Positions 38,201 through 49,170 of a stretch of 64,000 nt of DNA are shown here, piece after piece. The stretch is from Adineta vaga. Lineage: Eukaryota; Animalia; Rotifera. Location: assembly GCA_021613535.1 (NCBI GenBank), contig CP075494.1, positions 10,106,001 to 10,170,000 of the forward strand, written 5' to 3'. Every line of letters begins with the position of its first letter. Within the stretch, counting starts at the first letter, position 1. The position numbers and the translations under genes are program-made. The notes beneath the pieces were generated by a model that was given only the letters and a program-made list of their open reading frames with translations, was not told the origin of the DNA and did no database searches.

Positions 38201-40782
38201 AATTTCCAACAATATTATTCAAAATTATGGAAAACAGCTAAAATTAAACAACCTTTTCTTCCATCGTATTCTACGTCAAAAGCGCTAACATTATCATTGC
38301 CCGAAGAAGTGTTTAAAGGTACGATTTCTTCTCTCTTTCTACTACCATACATCTATTTTATTATTTGAATTAGATGAAAGTCCATTATGTGCTACATTAT
38401 TACCTGATGTTGTACAATTATTTGAAGAACATTTCAATATTGGATTACTTGGCGTTAAAGATCGTCCAACTCTTACAATCGCTTTTGATATTCTTATGGA
38501 AAAGAAAGAAAAAATCCTGAATGTACAATCAGCATCGAAAATTTTTGCGTATATGAATGAACTTGATGGTCTTAGTCGACCATTGATTGAACGTGTGGCA
38601 AAACTTGCATTTATTCCTCTCGAGGGTACAGATGAATTTATGAAACCATCACAAGTTTTTATTCGTCCAAATACAACAATAAATACGGCATCATCAAGAC
38701 TTCGACAAATGAATGTTATTATTTTATTGTCTTCAGAAGATGATGATAATAATGATAATGATGAAATAACGCGAGCAAATGGTACTGGAGGTCGTCGACG
38801 ACGAAAACGAAATGTGAAAACAACAATATCGAAAAATAAGAAAAGTAAAACAGCTTCATCAACTCCATTGGTTATGGATGATACAGATAAGAGTGGTTTA
38901 ATTGATTATGTTGATTATGGTTCAGAAGGCAATTCATTTCTACTTGGTGTTGGTGTACTTCATCAACCATCTGCACTTGTTCTAGCTGAACTACTCATTG
39001 ATCGGCAAGCAGATTATTTTGCTAATTTAAATCGAAATAATCCGGATGATTTAAAACAAAAGTTATTAGCTTATACAAGTTGTCTTCGACAGTTGGCCAT
39101 AGCCGCAAATGAATTACAATCAGTAGCATTACTCAAACGATTAAAGAACGAAGCTTGGTGTTTAGGATATCAAACAGTTGAACGACGTTCTACTAATGAA
39201 AGACAACGAATGTTCAAAATTGTCGCACCGAATGAAATCTATCTAGATGATGATCATCAATGTGCTATTGATCTTCGACCTTTATTACCACCAGATGAAT
39301 CTGAATTAACGAAATTATATGAGAAATTTGGTGCACAATGGTTATCGGAATGTGTAAAACGAACCTTAGTACATAAAGGTAAAAGGATTATTCAATGATC
39401 TTTTAAATTCATCATGTAAATGATATTCTAGGAAAAGTAGCTACATCAGATCGTGGTAATAAATTACGTGATTTAATTCAACATCGTCTCGATATGTTAT
39501 TTGTTAATAATCGAGTAATAATTTATATAACAATTTCTTTTCATATTCTTTTCTATTTAGGGAGAAAAAATGGACAATCTAGATGATAAACATGTTGATA
39601 TGTTACGAACAAATCTCGCCGTCTATGAAGTAGAAGCTATTCAATGTCAATTAACATTTCAAAAAAAGACCATAACACTTGAAGTAATTTCTTCGATAAT
39701 TTTTCCTTTTTCAATCAATCTTTATATATTTTTTCAGTCAACTGATAGCAGTTCTTGTGCTCTGGAAAATGATAAAAATAAAGTTGGTTTATATTTTCAA
39801 AAACAAATTCGTGAATTTGATTATATTGATATTGCAAGTGAACTAGCTCGATTTGTATTCAAAAAACCATTGGACACAGCCGTACATGCAATTAGTGATA
39901 AACTTGCTTCACCTTTAGAAACACTTAAACGTCGTGGTGTACCTGTCGATCGATTACTGCAACAACAGCAGCAGCAACAACAACAACATAATAATAATAA
40001 TCATCAACAAAATCTTCGTCCAACTATGCAAATGATCGAACCACAAACACAAACAAATCATCATTATCAAGAAAGTCATGTTGAAATGTCTGGTCGAGTA
40101 GAAGATTTCAATCGTCATCAAATCAAAGATGATGCAAAATTATTTTCTATGCTAAAAAAAGGTCGATCTTATACACAAACAAAATTTATTCAACAAGAAC
40201 ATGTCAAAGATGAAATCGATCATTCATGTGAAGCAGTACCATCGGCGAATATGACACGTTATAAAGAAGTATTTCATAATATACCATTATATATTGAACG
40301 AGATGTTCGAATTACCGAACAAATGCTGGATCGAGCGAAACAATTAGCATGGGTTCTCATCGGTCTTGCAAATCATGTATTTAAAATACCAGTTGAAACT
40401 TTACATCTTTATCGAGATATTAATGGAGGTAATAATATATTGTTGTTGTTTTTTTATAACAGACGATAGATTTCAATATTTTGTTCTAGCTCGCATTGCT
40501 TTTAATGATCGACGTGCATTATTCTTTAATCTTCGATATTATGAACAAGTTTTTGCTAATGAAGTTCATCCATATTTACAAGCAACTTCACCATCAATAC
40601 CAATCATTCATACAATTCTCAATTTTTATTTTATTTTAACATGTCATGAACTAGCACATAATTTGGAAATTGCACATAACTCAAATTTTATCAATCACTT
40701 AGAAACAATAGCAGTCAAATTTATGACAGAAAAAGATTTGTTTTTACAGCAGTTTTCATTTCAGAATTACTTACAGAATTGA
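35203..40782 (+). CDS. Sacsin-type GHKL ATPase with C-terminal HExxH metalloprotease (fungal DUF3684-like family), about 1,690 aa, about 10 exons
   Basis: VEVNQRMLIDKMLARYS, RELIQNSDDA (N box), NNGLVF, VGQFGVGFFSVF (G2 box), IFIGLGTHQTTG, IPTIERENLDL, IAFN...LFFN and CHELAHNLEIAHNSNF. Confidence 0.85.
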
Positions 40783-41359
40783 ATGAAATTCATTGTTACT
40801 ATTATTCTTATCATCGTGATGTATTTACATAAATGAATAAATATATATATATAATATTTTTGAAAGATATTCTATTACTCTCATTCATCATTACTTACTT
40901 TGACTGTTGCACTAACAAGCATCATTCATTTATTTTTCGTTACAAGTATATATATCCTTTTAATTTTTTTTTCAAATCACATGATATATTTCGTGAGTAT
41001 TGCCTTCTTCTTCTTCTTCTTGCCGAATGTTTCTTAAATATTTAATTTTATTGGCTATCATAAAAAGAGTACGATGAAGAGGCGTTTTACTTTCATCCTT
41101 GAATATTAATAGATTTTTTCGAAAAGAAATATTGTGGATAGAAAATGAAATAGAATTATTTAATATAATATACATATAAATATCGATCTGGCCGGTCTAT
41201 TGCATGTTCGATTGAACTTAATACTTGTGAAGTAAATTGAAATGCATTAACTACTTCCGCCATCGCACTTACCTTCAAATAAATACAGATGCTAACTAAA
41301 CACTCATGATATTTGCATATATATAATATTTTTCTTTGATTCAATTGAACCATACCATT

Positions 41360-42011
41360 ATGCAGTATTCGTATAGTAAGTGAATGAGTTAGGAGCAAGG
41401 TATTGTAAATTACTATCCTCATTTTTCTCATAGTTTTCATCTTCATCATCTCTTTGACTATTATCAAAACAATAATTTTAGCAGATTTAATCAATGATGA
41501 AGCTAAACAAATTTCATCTTCGTCCTTACCATTTCAAAAGCCAGCGAATATGCCAGAATGTCTGTCAAAAAATCAACTTTCAAATATGTTAAATCGAGAT
41601 CGACGAGCATCCATTTCTCGTCCATATTTTCATCATTGGCGACCAGCTCGTGATAGTACTCGTTATTCAGCTAAGAATTCTTTGGCTTTTTCACCTCGTT
41701 TGGGCAAACGATCGTATGAAGATGAACAAGAATCGGATGAAAGTAACAACAAATTTGCTTACCGTTCTGTTGACCTTGAAACATTTCTTGCTATTCTGAC
41801 TGGCCATCTACAAGAGAAAAAAATTCATATTGTATATGAAGATTCTACAAAGATATGCTTATCTCAATCCATCAGCGACTCACTTATCCAACAACTTCTC
41901 GATAAAATTGACGCAAATCGACGTGATCAAAACACACAAGAAAAAGAAGAAATCTTTGGTCGACAATCATCATCCAAACATCCAATTTTATTTCGATATC
42001 GTCTAGGTTAA
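41360..42011 (+). CDS. PRXamide / pyrokinin-like neuropeptide precursor (AFSPRL-amide)
   Basis: ATG exon 41360-41375 plus a 58-bp intron gives signal peptide MQYSYIFIFIISLTIIKTIILA. Contains FSPRL-G-KR and C-terminal ILFRYRL-G-stop. Confidence 0.82.
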
Positions 42012-43844
42012 CTATGAAATTTTTTTTCTAATCGATCATAATAAGTTTAAATGAAATAAAACAGAAAGATAAGCTATAAAGAATCATTTGTTACTTTGAA
42101 GTTACTATAGGTAACTTGATCACTAGTACTTATTCAAATCAATAACTCATTTCAATATGCAAAAAAAAAGCAAAGATTGGTTACCAGAAATCTATAAACA
42201 TTCAATGTGGAATAAATGAAGAAAGCGCGATGTCGGCAAAAACATGTTACTGGTTAATATTCCTTTATTTTAAAATGAAGTAGGATGATACACATCCTAA
42301 TTCCAACAATAAGATCACATGACAAACGTAAGTAGCCTAAAAGAAAGAATACAGTCTAAAATAGAATTCTCATACACTATATAAAACTCATCCTTACATA
42401 TCTCAAATCCAAGAATACTGCATTGGGTAGTCAATGAAAAGATATCCCGAATGAAAAACAATACTTCATGGACGTCAAGAAGGATATATCCGTAAGTATA
42501 TAAGGATTAGACTGTTGTTACCCAGTCGAATATCACAATAAACAAGGACAATACGCATGTAAGTGAAAGATGCGAAATAGTGCCTATATCGATCCACCAT
42601 GTTGCTAAAATAGTCTAAAAATCCTCTAAATCAGCGATTAATTGTATTTCTTTTGGGTGGAAGAGTAAAAAAATCATTTGTTTTTCCCACATTAGATCCT
42701 CTCGTAGTGACGAGTACTTTGAGATCTGACGGAGGACTTTTTGCCAAAATGGAATCGCTAAATAGCGGGGACGCTCCATAATGATCTCCGTCATGCTAAA
42801 TCATAATTGTTGAAACTCTAACATGCAATTGAACAGAAATTATGGGAAGCAATAGGAATCTTTCCTATTATCTGAGGATTATTATGATCCGAAAGCCTAA
42901 CTTTCAAATACAAAAAAAGGTAGCTTCATAGATGAAACTAAATCTTTATAGATTGAAGAGTCATTGCTGTTTGCTATAAAAAAATCATTATACTATCGTT
43001 GCATAATTTATTTTTGCTTCAGCTATACATCTGATTACACAATATTCCAAATTTGAGACATGTCAAACAGTGATCGATGAACCGATATCTATCGTCACTT
43101 GAGAGAATTGATCGACAGAAAATACTCCTTGCTCATTCTCTTATATGTTTTTTATACTTATCCTGCGAGAAAATATGACACTATTAACTTTTTCAACAGA
43201 GTATTAAACAGAAAAACTTGGTATAATAGATGAAAGTAAAGTCGATAATCATTAGTTCAACAAATTCAAAATATGAGCTTGTCTGATCTACACGTAGTCT
43301 TTTTCTTTTCATCTTGGTATACGAGCTACGCCAAAATTGAGATCAGGAAGTGATGGATGTCATAATCCCACTACAAAGGGTATCCATATAATTGATGAGG
43401 GTAACAAGTTGGACACTCCTAATCAACCCATAATCTTCAACTTTCAGGATACACAGTTTAGTTCTGTTTTATTGAAGTCATTGCTTCTATGTCAGATATA
43501 TGGATTGATAGTAAATATTTTTTTTTTTTGGTAACAAAGCTTTATTGTAAAAAAGAACAACACTGTAACATAAAGTCAACGGAAGGTATTGTACTTCTAC
43601 ATAAGCTGGAGTAGAGAAAAAAAAAAGGACACATGACGTATGTCTTTTGTCCGTGACATAGTAATAAGAACGAGAAAAATTTTATATGCCAATAGTGAGT
43701 GTAGATGGGGTGACGCGTGTAAAGTCTTACATATGTGGTAGAAGAAAAAGAGAAAGAAAACAGAAAACAGAAGATATAGTGGTACTATATGGATAGATTG
43801 GAGAGGAAGAGAAAAGAAGCTGGATTGTATGTGACATGTTTTAA

Positions 43845-44255
43845 ATCAGCAAATATATTGACTCGATTTCATATTGCATATAAGAACGAGCAAAGAATTT
43901 ACTGGATATTGTAAGGATCAGCAAAGACGTTGACTCGATATCATATTGTATATAAGAACGAGCAAGGAATTTACTGGATATTGTAAGGATCAGCAAAGAC
44001 GTTGACTCGATATCATATTGTATATAAGAACGAGCAAGGAATTTACTGGATATTGTAAGGATCAGCAAAGACGTTGACTCGATATCATATTGTATATAAG
44101 AACGAGTAAAAGAATTTGCTGTATACATGAATCGGTTTAAAGATTGGCTCGATATTATATTATATATAAGAATGCGATCAATAAATAACTGAATAGAACG
44201 AAAGAACGATACAGCATATAGATTGAATCGACTTCTTATTTTGTATAAGAACGAG
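43845..44255. repeat. 72-bp tandem repeat in the LINE 3'UTR (about 3.5 near-perfect copies plus about 2 degenerate ones)
   Basis: ATCAGCAAA recurs at 43845, 43917, 43989 and 44061. TATAAGAACGAG-like motifs continue degenerately to about 44255. Confidence 0.92.
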
Positions 44256-44380
44256 TTAAACAAAGTAGCTGAATAGTATATTTGATTGCGATATATCGTT
44301 TTTTACATCGATTCGACTGACACAAGAATAGTCTATTCTCTCGATGCTACTATTATATGTAATGGTTGGTGATTTCTTTT

Positions 44381-47070
44381 TTAAATTTTGTCTAAGATGC
44401 ATTGTAGATGATTCTTCAGTGTAATGTCGTTGTTTGTTGTTGCCTTTTGAAGTGTATGTTTAAGTAGTCCTATTGCATAATCTTTGATTTTTGGAATGTT
44501 GCTGATCTTGTGGATATATTTGACAGATGTATATATGGGTAGTCCGAGTGCAGCTCTAATTGCTTTATTCTGCATGATTTGTAAACGGTCCCATACTTTT
44601 TGATCAGCAGTAAGGAGAATAGGATGTCCATAAATGATAACTGTGCGTACAATTGATTTGAAAATATTTATCATCGTCTTGTTGTTGGGTTCATATGCTG
44701 TTCTCGAAAGATATCGAAGTAGACCGATCCGAGGAGCAATCTTGCTTTCAATATGTTCGAGATGTGCTCGCCATTTTAATCTTTTATCTATAATTACACC
44801 CAAGTAACGTGTGGAGTCCAGTGGTTTGATGATGGTGTCTTCAACTTTAACTTTCACTGGATTCTTGTAGTGTTTTCTTGGATGTATGCTGAAGTGTATC
44901 AGCTCTGTCTTAGTTGGTTGAAGTTTTAATTTCCATGACTTGCACCAACTTTCGAATGCATCTATGGATTGTTGTAATCTGGTGTTAAGATTTGTTAAGG
45001 TGTTGCCAGATGTCCATAATGCAGTGTCGTCGGCGAACAACCCATGTTCTGTATGAGTTGGTATTCCATTCATCGAATCTGCCGTATACATAATATAAAG
45101 TAATGGTGATAACGGAGATCCTTGTGGTGTACCGCTCTTCAGATTAAACGGACGTGATAATATATTTTCGATTTCAATTGCAGCCGTTCTATTGCTTAAG
45201 AATGAGATCAGATAGTTGATGATGAAACAGGGAAGACGTAGATCATTAAGCTTGTATATCAAACCATCGTGCCATACCGAATCAAATGCGGCTTTGATGT
45301 CGAAAAGAATGACAGCTGAGTGACGTCGTCGACGTGGTCGTCTAAGTTGTCCTGCAGCGTATCTTTCTAATCGCACGATGTTGTATATAGTGCTTTTACC
45401 TGGTCTAAATCCGGCTTGTGTTGTGGTAAGATGTTTCGTCGTTCAAGTTCGAGCATTAAACGTTGTTTGATTATTTTCTCCAATAGTTTGCCTAAGCAAC
45501 TAAGGAGACTAATCGGTCGATAGCTAGACGGTTGTTGTTTGTCTTTCTTTGGCTTTAATAGAAGAATAATATTAGCCTTTTTCCACATTGCTGGAATATA
45601 ACCTTGTTTCAAAATTGCATTAAACAGATTTGTTAGATGCTGTACCAGTAATTTTGAATGATTCTTCAAACATCGGTTATGAATGTTGTCTGGACCAGTG
45701 GAGCTATTTCTAAGTTGTCTTATATGATTTTTGACTTCTTTTTCTTTGATTTGCTTCCACTTTGGTGTGTTTGAAGAGGTTATAGTTTTACTTTTGACTT
45801 TGTTTGCTTGGCGTGTTACTTGATCATGAAGTGGCAACGTATCAGCAGTGTGAGAGTAGACTTCATTTTCGAAGTAATCTGCAAATAAGTCTGCTTTCTC
45901 CTTGTCTGATGTTGCAGTTGTATTGTTGTATTTCATGATGTTGGCGTAGGTTTGCTTGATCCTTTTGTTGTGGAACTTGCGCACCGTCAGCCAAACTTTG
46001 TCCGAATACATTTTCTTATGGCATAAAGATGACATTAACTTGTTGAAGTTATTTCTTCTGTCGTTTCTAAGTGAATTTGTAAGCAAGACTTTGGAATTGT
46101 AATATAGATGTTTATCTAAGTTGTTTCCAGTCTTCTTCCATTTTCGATATGCTTGATGTTTTTGTTTTATCAGGCTTATCGATACTTCACTTGGTGTATA
46201 CGTTCGGATCATCTGCTTTGTTTGTGGAACGGCTTCTTTTGTTGCTTCTAGTATACTAGTGGTAATGAATGATGTATATTCTTCTATGTCTGCTGTTGAA
46301 TCTAAATGATGATCATTTTTCCACAGCATCAGTTGTTGATCTAACTTGCACCTAAATTTTGACCATTTTGCTGCTTTGAAATTAAATAAAATTCTTGACG
46401 AAGCCGGTTTGGGTTCAGCTCCGCAAGGAATATCAAATGTTAATGGTTTATGGCCATTTAATGCACCGATTGTTGGATGAGTCTCAACGTTTGATATGAA
46501 TGAAAGAAGTGGTTGACTTGCTAGAATCCAATCTAGTTTAACTTCATAATCATTTTTTTCGAAAGTTGGACTATCATCGTCGACACAATCAATAAGACCA
46601 TCTTTAAATAATTCTTGCAGCTGTCTTCCTCTAGCATTAGCTTGTTGTGATCCCATATTATATAATGTTGCATTAAGATCACCCATGATAATGCAGTTGT
46701 TGTTGACGTTATAAAGTTCGTGGAATAAGTTGATATCGATCTTTGCTTTTGGTGGTACGTAAATGGAGGATATTAGTATTGATTTGAATGATTTAGTTCG
46801 AATCTCTACTGCTATCGCTTCATTCTTGCAGGTTGTTTTGTTTAGTACTTCTTGACACTTGATATGTTGTTTCACTGCTAGTAATACTCCACCCCCAGCT
46901 TGTCCTATTCGATCATTTCTGAAGATGTTATAACCAAAAAGCGTGAATGGTCTTTCGCTCTTTAGATTAGTTTCATTAACAGAGATAATATCGTATTTGG
47001 AGAATCTGGCTAGGAGTTCATCTTTGTGTTTGGTAATTGAGTTAATGTTGATATGGCATAAACTAAGCAT
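44381..47070 (-). pseudogene. LINE ORF2 (APE endonuclease + reverse transcriptase), split by a 1-bp deletion near 45418
   Basis: HININSI, NET, RNDR, GDLNA, LDWIL, GPDNI and SYRPISLLSCLGKLLEK, then (Q)AGFRPGKST in the shifted frame, FDIKAAFDSVWH, GTPQGSPLSPLLY, FADD and YLGV. Confidence 0.92.
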
Positions 47071-48521
47071 CGTTGCTGCTTGTTTTAAGTGTTTTCTTGT
47101 CGTTTATAGATGCATCAGGAGAGTTGTTGGAAGAAAGGGCTCTCTTGTTTGTATTGGATCCTTCTTTTGTATTTTGTGCGTCTTTTGACGTAGTAGGAGT
47201 TGATGGCATAGTAGGTTTATTTGAAGTGACATTCTCTGTTGTAGACGATTTGTCAGCTTCACTCTGTTGTTTTTTTGGTTTTGGTTTGATGATCTTAACT
47301 GCTTGACTTTGTTCGTTGGAATCAGAGTCTGAATCAGTTAATATATATTTTTCTTCATTATTACGATCGAGGAGTCCGAATGATTTTTCGATCTTCTTGA
47401 TCTTCTGATGTAGTGCTTTGAATAGTCGATTGGTAGTTTTTTCGATGATGGTTTCCATTTTGCTGGTAAGAGCATTAATGATATCGTCGAATAAATTGTC
47501 CGTTAATAGTTGTTTTTGTGTTTGGTTGAATTGTGATAGAGGTGGGAAGTCATGTGTGCTGTAGATTGATGGTGCTTGTGTTACTTGTTTGCTTGTTGTT
47601 GCATATTGGTTAACCATGTTTTGCATCTTCTTTTCTTGTTCTCTATAATGTGAACATTCTTTGGAAGTAGCAATATGATTACCTTTACAGTTGTAGCACT
47701 TGACTGCGTCATCTGTAACAGTACATTTGTCGTTGCTATGATTTTCACCACATCGACTACATACTTGTTGCTTGGTTTTGCAGTATTTGGCTACATGGTT
47801 GTATTTTAAGCAAATGTAACATTGCACCGGTTTGGAATTTTGTGTGGCTGGTTCAGCGGTGAAGTGCATGCAATCCACTTGTAAACCAGTTTGCACAAAG
47901 ATATTTCGATTTGTTGCATCGCTAAATGATATCTTGACTGTTCGTGTTGGAGTCTTACCATCTTTGCTTGTTAATCGAATAACTTCTGTTACTTCAAGAC
48001 CAACGTTCTTTAGTGCTTCAGTTATTCGATCGTTTGGTAGTTCTAGATCGACTCTTTTTACGAAGGCGATCTTTTCTGTGTCCTTGATTCTTTGTATAGA
48101 TCTTGGAACGTATACCGTGGCTGATGGTTGACCGTTTGACGATAATATTGATGAAAAGTCGTTTAATATGTTGTTGAACGATTTAACATCTCTTGCATAT
48201 AATGTGAATATTCCATTTCGTCCAAGTTGGATGTCATGGATATTGACTTCAGCAAGATGTTGCTTCAATATATCATTTAGCTGCAATTTGTTTAAGTTAA
48301 CACCCTCTAGAATAAGAGGGGCGATACTAAATGTTGGTTGGCTTGATTTTAAAGCATATGGTCCTGCTTTGCCATCTTGTGTTGTTCGTTGTGGGCTTTG
48401 TATGCTTTGTGAGCTTTTGTGGCCCTTGTTTTCGTTGTGTGGTGGTTGCTCTTTGTTGGTTGTCCACGCTGTGATAGCGTCTCTGTTGACCACCGCCACC
48501 CCTTCCTCTCTTGGAAGGCAT
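47063..48521 (-). pseudogene. LINE ORF1 gag-like protein with three CCHC knuckles; 5' ATG out of frame
   Basis: Knuckles CYICLKYNHVAKYC, CSRCGENHSNDKC and CYNCKGNHIATSKEC. ATG at 48521 (MPSKRGRGGGG) is in a different frame from the main ORF. Overlaps the ORF2 start by 8 bp. Confidence 0.88.
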
Positions 48522-48699
48522 TAAAATCAGCACCAGTTCTTGATAATTTGATGTAGATTGTTTTTGTTTTCTTGTTTGGGTTGATGAAGTACAGAGGATC
48601 TCGATGAAAAACCAGTTTTTTTAAGTCCTAGGACTTTTTAGCTGGTCGAAAGAAAAAGTAGAAAGACGAGAGATAAGATATATATGTTTATTTCACTTG

Positions 48700-48740
48700 G
48701 ACGAATGCGACTGATCGCGACCAAGTCAACTAGACGAATG
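48700..48740 (-). promoter_or_regulatory. Internal Pol II promoter of the LINE (Inr + DPE)
   Basis: Element starts CATTCG. Taking its A as +1, AGTCG (RGWYV) lies at +28..+32 (48712-48708). CATTCGTC is repeated 33 bp downstream. Confidence 0.6.
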
Positions 48741-49170
48741 TGATAGTAAATAGACATTCATTAACATCGTGTGGGATATCATTAAGCTTGGCTTTACATA
48801 CCGAGAGTATTGGTATTAAGAGATCTATTATACAGAGTAGAAAAAAAGAGCAGGCAAAGTTAGAAACTCAACTGAAAGTTGCAAAAATATGGGGCATGAT
48901 ACTACAAAACTCGGAAAAAAGCAAGAAACTAAAATTCGCAAACTGCTCGCTCTAGCACGACTGATAAAAAGTTTTTTTCTCCGACAGTATGGGGAAGTAC
49001 TTGGATAAACGCTGCTGTACAACTTCGTAATTTTCGTTGTCTTCTGAGAGCGAGCGAAAATTCGCGAAAACTAATTTTCTAGATCACATGATAATCTTGC
49101 TATTCAATGTAATTAATCCAACCTGGAAAATAACATACCACCCAAACAAACTGCAAAGGAAAACTACAGC

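Larger units (their letters stand above)
43518..48740 (-). mobile_element. Full-length non-LTR retrotransposon, jockey clade (Hebe-like), about 5.2 kb
   Basis: 12-bp TSD TGATAGTAAATA at 43506-43517 and 48741-48752. Poly(A) appears as T12 at 43518-43529, with AATAAA at 43541-43546 on the minus strand. Encodes gag-like ORF1 and APE-RT ORF2 without RNase H. Confidence 0.95.

Noticed and set aside
42630-42760. Palindromic CTCGTAGTGACGAG segment as a MITE or DNA-transposon remnant
   Set aside because: I could not find matching terminal inverted repeats or a TSD; insufficient support.
46943-48524. Plus-strand ORFs inside the LINE
   Set aside because: Antisense shadows of ORF1/ORF2.
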